Part shown: one piece after another, positions 48,822 through 58,034 of the stretch
How positions within the stretch are numbered: position 1 is the stretch's first letter
How the letters are laid out: each line of letters starts with the position of its first letter
Source of the DNA: an uncultured Chloroflexia bacterium
Lineage (GTDB): Bacteria; Chloroflexota; Limnocylindria; Limnocylindrales; CSP1-4
Length of the DNA: 64,000 nt
Assembly (NCBI GenBank): GCA_963746845.1
Contig: CAVVCZ010000004.1
Coordinates: 864,001-928,000 of the forward strand
Direction: 5' to 3'
Program-made: the position numbers and the translations under genes
The notes under the pieces: generated by a model
Database searches by the model: none
Told to the model about the DNA's origin: nothing
Seen by the model: only the letters and a program-made list of their open reading frames with translations

Positions 48822-50639
48822 TCACCGGTCCTGGCTGAGGATCACCACCGAATACGGCCCGAGGCCCACGGCGATCCGCTGCGCCATGCCGTCGTGCTCG
48901 ACCGGCTCGCTGTCGGCATCGAGCGAGTCGATCGTCTCGAAGTCCGGGTCGTAGCCGTCCCAATCGCTGTTGAACCGGACTCGCCAGCGGCCGGCCCGCG
49001 GCACCCCGACGTGGTAGGCCGGGTAGGCGTTCGCGGAGAAGCTCGCCAGGACGATCACGTCGTCGCGCGGCCCGCCGTCCAGCCAGCGGTGCCAGCCGAG
49101 GACCTTCGCGTCCTCGTTCACGTGATGGACCTGGACGTGCTCCCCGCGCAGGCCCCGCGACACGTCCGCGGTGTTGCGGCGCAATGCGATCAGGTCCCGG
49201 TGGAGACGGAGCAGGCCCGCATGGCGATGGCGGAGCGACCAGTCGAGCCCGTCCTCGTCGTTGAACCACGAGCCCTCGACGACCTCCTGGCCCTGGAAGA
49301 GCATCGGGATCCCGGGGCTCGTCAGGACGATCGCGCCGCCGAGGGTCGACCGCTTCTTCGATGCCCAGGAGTCGGCGTAGCCGGGCCAGATCTCCTCGGG
49401 CACGCGAGCCTGGCCGTTCGCATCCTCGTCGTGCGACTCCGTGTAGATCAGCCGCCGGAACCCCTCCCCCGCCCCGTCGGAGATCACGGTGGCAACGGAC
49501 GCGATGTCGCGGTGGGCGTCATCGGAGGCGATCAGGGCCGTCCGGATGTAGTGGACGAAGGCACCGTCCCACTGCGACCCGAACCCCGCGCCTCCCTCCT
49601 TGGACGAGGTCACGATCGCGAGGTCCTCGCGGAGATCCTCGGCGATGGTCAGCCGGCCCGGGAACCGCTGAGCGATCTCCGCGTTGACGTCCGCCATGAA
49701 CCGCCAGCCGTCCGCGATCCGGTCGGAACCGCGGTTGCCGGAGCCGGTGATGCTGGAGATCCAGGCCGTCGCGTCCCAGCGCAGCCCGTCGATCCGGAAC
49801 TCCTCGAGCCATTGGATCGCGCTGTCCCGGAGGAAGGCCCGGACCTCGGCCCGGCCGTAGTCGGGCCGCGTGTCGCCCCACGGCGTGGTCGATCGGCCGT
49901 CCTCGTAGAAGTAGATCCCGCCCTTCCCGGCCTCCGACCAGCCGTCGAACTGCCAGATGTCCAGGTCCGATGGACCGAGGTGGTTGTAGACGACGTCGAG
50001 GATCACCGCGATCCCGGCGGCGTGTGCGTCGCGAACGAGGGCCTTGAGATCGTCAGGAGCGCCATACGTGCTCTCGACCGCGAACGGGTAAGCGGTGTTG
50101 TAGCCCCACGAGCGGTCGCCGGCGAACTCGAACGGCGGCATCAGCTGGATCGCCCCGACCCCGAGCTCGCGCAGGTACGGCAGCCGGCGCCGGACGCCGT
50201 CGAGCGTGCCCGGGCGTCCGTGCACGCCCTCGCTGAACGTCCCGACGTGAAGCTCGTAGATGACCAGGTCGTTCCAGGGCGGCTGGTGGAACTCGGCGTC
50301 GCCCCAGTCGAATGCGGCCGGGTCGTAGACGATCGCGTTGCCGACGGAGTTCGTGAGCCGCCGGGCTCGCGGATCGATCCGGTTGCGCTCGCCGGCCGGG
50401 GTCTGGAGGACGAACCGGTACTCGTCGCCGGCCCGGGCGTCGGCCACCTCGGTCGACCAGGTCTCGGCGGTCCCGTCGGCGTCGCGCGTGAGCGGATTCC
50501 GAGCGGCATCCCAGTCGTTGAACGTGCCCACGACGGCGACCGCCGTCGCGTGCGGCGCCCACACCCGGAAGGTCGTCCCGCCGTCGTGCGGGAGCGCGCC
50601 CATGCCGGCCCGCGGCGAGGCCCGGACGCGCGGCCTCAC
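48822..50639 (-). CDS. GH13 alpha-amylase family enzyme with CBM48 (branching enzyme/TreZ-like)
   Basis: FRVWAP, IYELHVGTF, WGYN, DVVYNH, DGLRWDA, IAED, ESHDE; GTGA overlap with TMEM175 gene. Confidence 0.9.
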   Translation of the reverse strand: MRPRVRASPRAGMGALPHDGGTTFRVWAPHATAVAVVGTFNDWDAARNPLTRDADGTAETWSTEVADARAGDEYRFVLQTPAGERNRIDPRARRLTNSVGNAIVYDPAAFDWGDAEFHQPPWNDLVIYELHVGTFSEGVHGRPGTLDGVRRRLPYLRELGVGAIQLMPPFEFAGDRSWGYNTAYPFAVESTYGAPDDLKALVRDAHAAGIAVILDVVYNHLGPSDLDIWQFDGWSEAGKGGIYFYEDGRSTTPWGDTRPDYGRAEVRAFLRDSAIQWLEEFRIDGLRWDATAWISSITGSGNRGSDRIADGWRFMADVNAEIAQRFPGRLTIAEDLREDLAIVTSSKEGGAGFGSQWDGAFVHYIRTALIASDDAHRDIASVATVISDGAGEGFRRLIYTESHDEDANGQARVPEEIWPGYADSWASKKRSTLGGAIVLTSPGIPMLFQGQEVVEGSWFNDEDGLDWSLRHRHAGLLRLHRDLIALRRNTADVSRGLRGEHVQVHHVNEDAKVLGWHRWLDGGPRDDVIVLASFSANAYPAYHVGVPRAGRWRVRFNSDWDGYDPDFETIDSLDADSEPVEHDGMAQRIAVGLGPYSVVILSQDR

Positions 50640-51313
50640 TCCGGCGCGGTCGGTGGCACGGCCGTCGGCATCGCGAGGAGCCCCTGGATCCCGAGCCGCC
50701 GCGCGATCAGGGCCTGCGCCGGGAACGCCGTGAACCACAGCAGCTCGGCCGCGATCGGCGACACGAAGACGACCGGGATCGACACCGCGAAGATCAGCGG
50801 GACGACGAGCGCCCGCTCGGTGATCGCCCGGGCGAGCCTCGGGGTGACGGTGTCCGACACGAGGTGGCCGATCTGCGCGGGATAGACCCAGGTCAGCGTC
50901 GACAGCAGCGACGCGACGATCTGGAAGACGGCGTAGAAGATCGCCGCGGACGCCAGCTCGCCGTGCTGGGCCACGACCGACGTCGGGAAGGGGATCAACG
51001 CCACGGCCGCGAGGAACGTCAGGTTCACGACGAGCAGGCGCGTGTCGATCCGGACGATCACCCGGAACGTGCGGAAGTGACCGATCCAGAACGCCGCGAT
51101 GACCGTGAAGCTCAGGACGAACGCCGCGAGTGCCGGGGCAAGGTCGAGGAGGGCGTCGACCAACCCGCGATCGCCGGCCACGGCCAGCGTCTCCGGGATC
51201 CGCAGGTCCAGTGCCAGCAGCGTGATCGAGATCGCGAAGACCGCGTCCGAGAAGAAGACGACCCGCTCGATCGACGACGCGGACGCGGCGTCGCGCTCAG
51301 CCGACGCCGGCAC
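50636..51313 (-). CDS. TMEM175 family K+ channel (DUF1211)
   Basis: R...FSDAVFAISITLL, SF..I...W..H, N...L......PF. Confidence 0.88.
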   Translation of the reverse strand: MPASAERDAASASSIERVVFFSDAVFAISITLLALDLRIPETLAVAGDRGLVDALLDLAPALAAFVLSFTVIAAFWIGHFRTFRVIVRIDTRLLVVNLTFLAAVALIPFPTSVVAQHGELASAAIFYAVFQIVASLLSTLTWVYPAQIGHLVSDTVTPRLARAITERALVVPLIFAVSIPVVFVSPIAAELLWFTAFPAQALIARRLGIQGLLAMPTAVPPTAPE

Positions 51314-51333
51314 GGTCGTGTCCAGGGAGCGGA

Positions 51334-51410
51334 TGGAGGCGACGACCGGATTCGAACCGGTGAGTAGGGGTTTTGCAGACCCCCGTGTTGAACCACTTCA
51401 CCACGTCGCC
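51334..51410 (-). tRNA. tRNA-Cys(GCA)
   Basis: GGGGT-CT-GCA-AA-ACCCC, U discriminator, CCA. Confidence 0.95.
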
Positions 51411-51448
51411 CCTGGGCGGCCGATGGACGGCCATGGGCTGGATCAATC

Positions 51449-51522
51449 TGGCTGCCCCTCGAGGATTCGAACCTCGGTTCACGGATCCAAAGTCCGCTGT
51501 CCTACCACTAGACGAAGGGGCA
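51449..51522 (-). tRNA. tRNA-Gln(TTG)
   Basis: GCGGA-CT-TTG-GA-TCCGT, TTCGAAT, CCA. Confidence 0.95.
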
Positions 51523-51569
51523 GCGGGCGGTGTCCTCGAGCGGCTCCCGGCGCATCCCGGGCAGGAAAA

Positions 51570-51645
51570 TGGAGCGGAAGACGGGACTCGAACCCGCGAC
51601 CCTCACCTTGGCAAGGTGATGCTCTACCAACTGAGCCACTTCCGC
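51570..51645 (-). tRNA. tRNA-Gly(GCC)
   Basis: CACC-TT-GCC-AA-GGTG, GCGGAAG/CTTCCGC acceptor. Confidence 0.96.
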
Positions 51646-51672
51646 TCGATGACGCGACCACCGCCTGGGCGA

Positions 51673-51748
51673 TGGTGCCGAGAGCCAGGATCGAACTGGC
51701 GACACCGCGATTTTCAGTCGCGTGCTCTACCAACTGAGCTATCTCGGC
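51673..51748 (-). tRNA. tRNA-Phe(GAA)
   Basis: CGCGA-CT-GAA-AA-TCGCG, CCA. Confidence 0.96.
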
Positions 51749-51814
51749 CCGATGGCCAACCAGGCTCGGTCGCCCGTCGGCGGGGCCGAGGATAGCACGA
51801 GGTCCGACGGCCCT

Positions 51815-52444
51815 TCAACGATGGGCAGGCGTCCCATCGGGGTTGCGGCCGGGCGGGGTCAGCGCCTTCGGCATCAACCCGTCCGCGGCAGCGTCGATCA
51901 GGGTGGCCAGACGGCGTTCGCGCGTCTCGGGACGCTTCGCACTCACGATCCACCAGGTCGCGCCGGTCCGCCACGACGCCGGCCGGGCCTCGAACCACGC
52001 CCACGCCACGGCGTTCGCGCGGAACCGGGCTTGCTCGGCGGGGTCGAGCGCCGCCTCGTGCCGTCGCTCGTATGAGTAGACCCCGGAGCGGTCGGGCCGT
52101 CGCTCCGCGAACGCGGCCAGCCCGGCCGGCCGCATCCGCCCCTCGGCCGTGAGTCGGGCGACCTTGTCGATGTTGATCGCGCTCCAGTTGCTGCCCTTGC
52201 GCCGCGGCGTGAACCGCTGGCGGGACCGCTCCGCGTCCACCGCGTAGCGGACGCTGTCGATCCAGCCGACGCACAGCGCCTCGTCGACCGAGTCGGACCA
52301 GCTCACCGTCGACCGGCCCGACGACTTCCTGTGGTAGCCGAGCCAGAGCTCGGGTGCCGTCTCGTGGTTGGCGTCGAACCAGTCGCGGAGCTCGTCCGCG
52401 CTCTCGAAGTAGATCGGCTCGGGCGGGTCGGCGCCCACGATCAA
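51815..52444 (-). CDS. YdeI/OmpD-associated family protein
   Basis: DEALCVGWIDS, FTPRR..SNWS..N, WIVSAKRPETR..RL. Confidence 0.9.
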   Translation of the reverse strand: MIVGADPPEPIYFESADELRDWFDANHETAPELWLGYHRKSSGRSTVSWSDSVDEALCVGWIDSVRYAVDAERSRQRFTPRRKGSNWSAINIDKVARLTAEGRMRPAGLAAFAERRPDRSGVYSYERRHEAALDPAEQARFRANAVAWAWFEARPASWRTGATWWIVSAKRPETRERRLATLIDAAADGLMPKALTPPGRNPDGTPAHR

Positions 52445-53424
52445 TCGAGACCGGACAGCTGGGCTGCCTCCGGCCCACCGAGCGGCGCGTCGCCCGTCAG
52501 CTGCCGGAGCCGGTTGATCCGGTCGAGCGTCGGGGGGTGGGTCGAGAACAGGCCGCTGGATCGCTCCTCGAACTTCTTGATCGGGTTCGTGAAATACATG
52601 TGCTGCGTCGCGCGGTTGGCGACCTCGAGGACCTCCTGGTCGGTCGAGATCTTGGCCAGCGCCCGCTCGATCCCGTACGGGTTGCGCGTCAGCTGGACGG
52701 ACGAGGCGTCGGCGAGGTACTCGCGCTGGCGGTTGACCGCGAGCTGGACGAGCCGGGCGATGAACGGCGCAAGGATCGACAGGATCAGGGCGACGACGAA
52801 CATGACCGCCTGGAGGCCCCCGCCTCCCCCGCTGTCGTTGCTCCGTCGACGGCTCCCGCCGACCCCGCTCCAGAAGCTGAAGCGGACGAAGAAGTCGGCC
52901 AGGAGTGCGATCGATCCGACCAGGACCCCGACGAGCAGCGCGAACCGGATGTCGTAGTTCCGGACGTGGGAGAGCTCGTGGCCCATCACGCCCTGGAGCT
53001 CCTCGCGGTCGAGCTTCTCCAGCAGCCCGCTCGTGATCGCGACCGAGGCGTGCTTCGGGTCCCGACCGGTCGCGAAGGCGTTCGGTGCGGTGTCATCGAC
53101 GATGTACACCTTCGGCATCGGGATGTTCGCGGCGACCGTCAGCTCCCGGATGACGTTGAGGAGCTGGGGCGCCGACGTCTCGTCGACCTCCTTCGCCCCG
53201 GATGCCGCCAGCACGAGCGAGTCGCCCCCGAAGTACGAGCCCGCCGAGATCAGCCCGCCGAAGAACACCGCGAGGGCCATCGCGAAGAGGCCGGAGGTCG
53301 CACTCCCGCCGATCGCGTAGCCGATCGAGAACCCGAGCGCGGCGAACAGCGCAAGGACGACCAGCACCAGCAGCACGGAGTTGCGGCGGTTCGCCCCGAT
53401 CTGTGAGTAGAAGGTCTCGGCCAT
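52441..53424 (-). CDS. htpX: M48 zinc metalloprotease HtpX
   Basis: PNAFATG, HELSH, REYLAD, FSTHPP. Confidence 0.93.
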   Translation of the reverse strand: MAETFYSQIGANRRNSVLLVLVVLALFAALGFSIGYAIGGSATSGLFAMALAVFFGGLISAGSYFGGDSLVLAASGAKEVDETSAPQLLNVIRELTVAANIPMPKVYIVDDTAPNAFATGRDPKHASVAITSGLLEKLDREELQGVMGHELSHVRNYDIRFALLVGVLVGSIALLADFFVRFSFWSGVGGSRRRSNDSGGGGGLQAVMFVVALILSILAPFIARLVQLAVNRQREYLADASSVQLTRNPYGIERALAKISTDQEVLEVANRATQHMYFTNPIKKFEERSSGLFSTHPPTLDRINRLRQLTGDAPLGGPEAAQLSGLD

Positions 53425-53500
53425 GCGGATCCTGCGCCTCGAACCGGCGCCGACGCCTGCCGCGCCGGGACCGCGGCGGCCCGCGCTCGGCGCGTCGCGC

Positions 53501-54070
53501 CTAGGACAGGTTCAGGTTGACGGTCGGGACCGCCGCGGCCTCGGGCTCCGCCTCGAAGAACTCGCGCTTCACGAAGCCGAAGAGGCCGGCGATCAGCACC
53601 GACGGGAACGTCTGGATGCCGGTGTTGTAGTCGAGCACGCTCGCGTTGTAGTGCTGGCGGCTGAACGCGATCTGGTTCTCGGTTGTCGTCAGCTGCTCCT
53701 GGAGCGCGAGGACGTTCTCGTTCGCCTTCAGCTCGGGGTAGTTCTCGACGACAGCGAACAGCGAGCGCAGGGTCCCGGTCAGCGCGTTCTCGGCCTGGGC
53801 CTGGGCGGCGGGGCCCTGGGCACCGGCCGCGACCGCGGCCGCTCGGGCGTTCGTGACGTCGGTCAGGACCTTCTGCTCGAACCCCATGTAGCCCTTGACG
53901 GCCTCGACGAGGTTCGGGATCAGGTCATGGCGCCGCTTGAGCTGGACGTCGATCTGGGCGAAGGCTTCATCGACCCGCAGACGCTTCTGGACGAGCCCGT
54001 TGTACAGGCTGATCACGAAGATCACCAGGATCACGACGATCGCGATCAGGATGATCAGGGGCCAGTTCAT
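53501..54070 (-). CDS. lemA: LemA family protein
   Basis: YN.LV, IDVQLKRRHDLIPNLVE, ENYPELKAN, R..YN. Confidence 0.95.
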   Translation of the reverse strand: MNWPLIILIAIVVILVIFVISLYNGLVQKRLRVDEAFAQIDVQLKRRHDLIPNLVEAVKGYMGFEQKVLTDVTNARAAAVAAGAQGPAAQAQAENALTGTLRSLFAVVENYPELKANENVLALQEQLTTTENQIAFSRQHYNASVLDYNTGIQTFPSVLIAGLFGFVKREFFEAEPEAAAVPTVNLNLS

Positions 54071-54234
54071 GCAAGCCCTCCGGACAGGAGTAGGACGGTG
54101 GTGTTCCCCACCGATCAGTCTAGCAGCCGATCCCGCGAGATCGATCGCCCCTCGGTGGTGGGCGACTTCTACAAGCGGTCCCGACCCCTCGAAAGACGGG
54201 CTCCGCGCCGTTGTTGAGGCCGTACCATGCGTCG

Positions 54235-55257
54235 ATGATCGACCTGCCCGCGTCGCCGCGCGTGACGCTCGTGATCGCGATGCTCAACGAGGCCGCCGCC
54301 ATCGGGCCGTGCCTCGCCTCGATCGCCGCCCAGGACTATCCGCCGGAGTTGCTCGAGGTCCTCGTCTACGACGGCGGTTCGACGGACGGTTCGGTCGAGA
54401 TCGCCGGGCGGATCGCTGCGGAGCACCCGGGCTGGGCCGTCCGGCCGAACCCGCGGAGGATCCCGGGGGCCGCGTGGAACGCCGGGATCCAGGCCGCCAC
54501 GGGCGACGTCGTCGGGATCGTCAGCGGACACGCCGAGCTCGGCTCGGGCTACGTCGCGAGCGCGGTCCGCGCCCTGCGTGAGACGGGCGCGGACATGGTC
54601 GGCGGACCCGTGCGGGCGATCGGCGAGACGCCGGTCGGCCGGGCGGTGGCGATCGCGGTGAGCACCCCGTTCGGGGCCGGCGGAGCGCGCCACCGCTACG
54701 AGCTGACCGAGCGCGCCGTCGTCGACACGGTCTTCATGAGGATCTGCCGACGGTCGACCTGGCTCCGCTTCCCGTTCGACGAGTCCCTGGTCCGCAACCA
54801 GGAAGACGAGATGAGCTACCGGCTCCTCGACGCGGGCGGCGTGATCGTCTGTGATCCGGCGATCGAGAGCCGCTACCGGAGCCGACCGACCGTGCGATCG
54901 CTGTGGCACCAGTACTTCGACTACGGGAAGTGGAAGGTCCCCGTCCTGCGCGCCCATCCACGTCAGGTCCGCCTCCGCCACCTCGCCCCGCTCGGCCTCG
55001 TGGCGACGGTGGCCGCGACGGGGACGCTCGGCCTCGGTTGGCCCGCCGCCCGTCTCCTCGCCGCACTGGAGGTGCTCGTCTACGGCGCCGCCACCGTCGC
55101 GGCCGCCGTCCTCTACCGGGATCCCGAGCAGCCCGACAGCCTGCTGCTCCTGCTGCTCGTCTACCCGACGCTCCATGTTTCGTACGGGCTCGGCATGGCG
55201 GCAGGCCTCGTGCGACCGCCCGGTCGATCCGGCACCCGACCCGATCTGACGCCGTGA
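54235..55257 (+). CDS. Glycosyltransferase family 2 (ExoA-like) with C-terminal TMs
   Basis: NE, DGGSTDG, FDE...RNQE.E...R, QYF.YG. Confidence 0.88.
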   Translation: MIDLPASPRVTLVIAMLNEAAAIGPCLASIAAQDYPPELLEVLVYDGGSTDGSVEIAGRIAAEHPGWAVRPNPRRIPGAAWNAGIQAATGDVVGIVSGHAELGSGYVASAVRALRETGADMVGGPVRAIGETPVGRAVAIAVSTPFGAGGARHRYELTERAVVDTVFMRICRRSTWLRFPFDESLVRNQEDEMSYRLLDAGGVIVCDPAIESRYRSRPTVRSLWHQYFDYGKWKVPVLRAHPRQVRLRHLAPLGLVATVAATGTLGLGWPAARLLAALEVLVYGAATVAAAVLYRDPEQPDSLLLLLLVYPTLHVSYGLGMAAGLVRPPGRSGTRPDLTP

Positions 55258-55287
55258 TGACCCCTCCGGGTCGTCTCGGAGGGGTCA
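55258..55287. terminator. Hairpin between convergent GT2 gene and tRNA-Val
   Basis: TGACCCCTCCG...CGGAGGGGTCA 11-bp stem. Confidence 0.6.
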
Positions 55288-55303
55288 GTCGGTGCGTGAA
55301 ACA

Positions 55304-55380
55304 TGGTGGGCGGTACTGGACTCGAACCAGTGACTTCCTCGGTGTAAACGAGGTGCTCTGACCAACTGAGCTAACCGCCC
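55304..55380 (-). tRNA. tRNA-Val(TAC)
   Basis: CCTCG-TT-TAC-AC-CGAGG, GGGCGGT/ACCGCCC acceptor, CCA. Confidence 0.96.
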
Positions 55381-55694
55381 TCGCTGAGCGTACGCCATGG
55401 CGGCGGCACGGGTCCCGGCGCCTGCCGGCGCGGGGTCGGCGCCAGTTCCGCTCATGTGCCAGCCAGGACAGCACTACGCAACGACCTCGCCCAGGCAGCG
55501 TTCATCTGCCGTCGTGGGAACGCGAATGAACCGGTGTCTGGGCGATCGCCGCCGTCGCCGATCGATCCGACGTTCGTGGCTGTCGTTTGCGTCAATCGGG
55601 TGATGGCCGGCCGATCGCGGTTCGCGACACTCCTGCACCGCTCCGGACACACGACGACCGCCGGTGGTCCGGCGGTCGGTCAGTCGATGGAGGG

Positions 55695-55779
55695 TGGTGC
55701 CCAGGCCGGGACTTGAACCCGGATGAGTTGCCTCATACGCCCCTCAAACGTACGCGTATACCAATTCCGCCACCTGGGC
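55695..55779 (-). tRNA. tRNA-Leu(GAG)
   Basis: TACGT-TT-GAG-GG-GCGTA, long variable arm, CCA. Confidence 0.94.
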
Positions 55780-55818
55780 AGGTGTGCCGTCGCTCGTGAC
55801 AGGTCGGGAGGGTTGAGG

Positions 55819-55905
55819 TGGTACCGAGGAAGGGACTTGAACCCATACGCCCTTGCGGGCACTAGCTCCTGAAGCTAGCGCGTCTGCCAATTTCGCCACC
55901 TCGGC
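55819..55905 (-). tRNA. tRNA-Leu(CAG)
   Basis: CTAGC-TT-CAG-GA-GCTAG, long variable arm, CCA. Confidence 0.94.
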
Positions 55906-55935
55906 GTCGACCCGTCGACCGGGTCGCCAAGAGGC

Positions 55936-57663
55936 CTACCGGTCGTCAGCGAGGCGCCATGTTAGCACATCCCAGAATCGCTCCGACCCGTCGGCGACCT
56001 GGCGATTCACGGGTCCCTGGACCCGCGGACCGAGCACGACGGCCGTGTCCGGCCAGGCGATCGGCAGCACATACGCCTGGCCCGCGAGCTGTTTCTGGAT
56101 CGCGCTGAAGGCGGTCATCCGGACGTCCAGCGGGCCCGGCTTCCGGGCGGCCTCGAGGAGGTCGTCGAGCTTGGGATCCTGCAAGCCGAAGATGTTCGCA
56201 CCGCCGGTCCTCGTCTGCGATGAGGCCAGCAACGGGTAGAGATCCGGGTCGTGGCCGATCGCGACCGACACGATCGCGGCGGTGAAGTCGCCCGTCCGGA
56301 GGCGGTCCGCGGCAATGACCGCCGGATCGACCTCGACCACGGTCACCGTGAAGCCGAGGGCCGTCCAGTCGGCCGCGACCTGCGCCCCGACCGCCGCGAG
56401 GACCGGGCTCTTCGCATGGTCCGGCAGGATCAGCTCGAGGCGCTGTGGGTCCTTGGCCTTCCCCGCATGCCAGCCGTCCTTCGCCTTTGTCCAGCCGGCA
56501 TCGGTCAGGTTCTTCGCGGCCGCCTTCAGGTCGTGCGGGATCGGTGGGCTGGCGGTCCCGTCGAACGCCCACGAGGTCGGTGGCACCAGCCCGGTCGCGT
56601 TGCTGGCGATCCCGCCGTAGGCGACCGTGAGCACCCGCGAGCGATCGATGGCCTCGAGGAGGGCCGTGCGGGTCCGGGAGTCGCTCAGCTCGGGATGGGT
56701 CGGACGGAGGTTCAACGCGACGGCGGTGAGGGTGGTCGTCGGCTCCCGGAGCAGCCGCGCACCGGGGCTGTCGCTGAGCGCCGAGGCGGCCGCCGGATCG
56801 AGGCCGGACGCCGCATCGAGCTGCCCGGAGCGGAAGGCGTCGGCGAGAGCCCCGCCGTCGTCGAAGAAGCGGAGCTCGATCCGGTCGATCCCTGGCTGCG
56901 CCGCGCCGCCGTGGGCGGTCGGCCGTGCCGTCGCGAGCGGGTCGATCGATGGGGCGCGCGAGGCGATCGGTCCGGCCGCCGGCGCGGCCACGGTGCTCGC
57001 GGGCTCGAGAACGGCGTGGTCGCGGTCGAGCTCGACGATCGCGTAGGCGCCGGAACCGACGGGCTGGGCGCCGAACGGGTCGTCGGCCATGCCGGCCGCC
57101 GGCGTGTCGCCGAGGAGGTGGTTCGGCGCGATGGCCTGGGAGGCGAGCGCCGGGAACCCGGCGATCGGTGGGTCCAGGTCGAACCGCACGGTCATCGCGT
57201 CCAGGCTCGTCGCGGTGACGCCCGTCCAGGAACCCGCGCCGGGTCCGTGATAGTCGGGGTCCTTCAGCATGTTCACGGTGAAGACGACGTCGTCGGCAGT
57301 GACCGCCTCACCGTCGTGCCAGCGGGCGTCGGGGCGGAGGTGGAACGTCCACGAGGTGCCGTCGGCGGTGGTGTCCCACGACTGGGCGAGGGCGGGCCGC
57401 GGAGCGCCGTCCGGATCCATCGTCACGAGGCCCTCGAACACGAGGGCGACGAGGTCGCGGTCCGCCTGTGTCCGCGCCGCGAGCGGATTGACCGACGTCG
57501 GCCGGCCGAGGATCCCCTCGCGGTAGACGGCGAAGGTGGCCGCCGACGATGGGACGGCGGAGCCGGTCGGCTTCGGGGCGATCGCCGGGCCGCCGATCGC
57601 GATCGCCGCCACGGCGACCGCGAGGACGAGGCCCGCGATGATGAGTCGGTCGAGACGGTTCAT
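55936..57663 (-). CDS. ABC transporter family 5 (peptide) substrate-binding protein
   Basis: N-terminal anchor; PALA.SW, WTFHLR...WHDG..VTADDV.FT, PVGSG.Y. Confidence 0.9.
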   Translation of the reverse strand: MNRLDRLIIAGLVLAVAVAAIAIGGPAIAPKPTGSAVPSSAATFAVYREGILGRPTSVNPLAARTQADRDLVALVFEGLVTMDPDGAPRPALAQSWDTTADGTSWTFHLRPDARWHDGEAVTADDVVFTVNMLKDPDYHGPGAGSWTGVTATSLDAMTVRFDLDPPIAGFPALASQAIAPNHLLGDTPAAGMADDPFGAQPVGSGAYAIVELDRDHAVLEPASTVAAPAAGPIASRAPSIDPLATARPTAHGGAAQPGIDRIELRFFDDGGALADAFRSGQLDAASGLDPAAASALSDSPGARLLREPTTTLTAVALNLRPTHPELSDSRTRTALLEAIDRSRVLTVAYGGIASNATGLVPPTSWAFDGTASPPIPHDLKAAAKNLTDAGWTKAKDGWHAGKAKDPQRLELILPDHAKSPVLAAVGAQVAADWTALGFTVTVVEVDPAVIAADRLRTGDFTAAIVSVAIGHDPDLYPLLASSQTRTGGANIFGLQDPKLDDLLEAARKPGPLDVRMTAFSAIQKQLAGQAYVLPIAWPDTAVVLGPRVQGPVNRQVADGSERFWDVLTWRLADDR

Positions 57664-57715
57664 GGGAGAGTGACGGGGCGCCTGCGGCGTCGGGCCCCCG
57701 CGGGCGAGCGTTCGC

Positions 57716-57946
57716 TCAGACGGCCGTGGGGGCGAACATGAACGACGCCAGCGAGAAGCAGACGAACAGCACGAGCAGCACGATCGTGAACTGCCACAGC
57801 CTGCGCTCGATGCCGCGGCGGCTGCGATAGACCGCGGAGTCGCCGCCGAACGTTCCGGACAGGCCCGTGCCGCGCGCCTGGAGCAGGATCGCGACGACCA
57901 GCGCGATGCTGACGATGATCTGGCCCACGGCCAGGAACGGGTTCAC
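57716..57946 (-). CDS. secG: Preprotein translocase subunit SecG
   Basis: Two TMs, LLQ..G.GLSG.FGG, ER.L...T. Confidence 0.92.
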   Translation of the reverse strand: MNPFLAVGQIIVSIALVVAILLQARGTGLSGTFGGDSAVYRSRRGIERRLWQFTIVLLVLFVCFSLASFMFAPTAV

Positions 57947-58034
57947 TCGGGACGACCTCCGTCTGGGAACGGTGCGGGATGATAGCACGGCTCGTCCCGC
58001 CGACTCGTCGAGCGCCCGGCCTGGGACCGCCCGC

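Noticed and set aside
55819-55905. T-stem mismatch and G1-U72 pair in tRNA-Leu(CAG)
   Set aside because: Minor tolerated variation; the cloverleaf is otherwise complete
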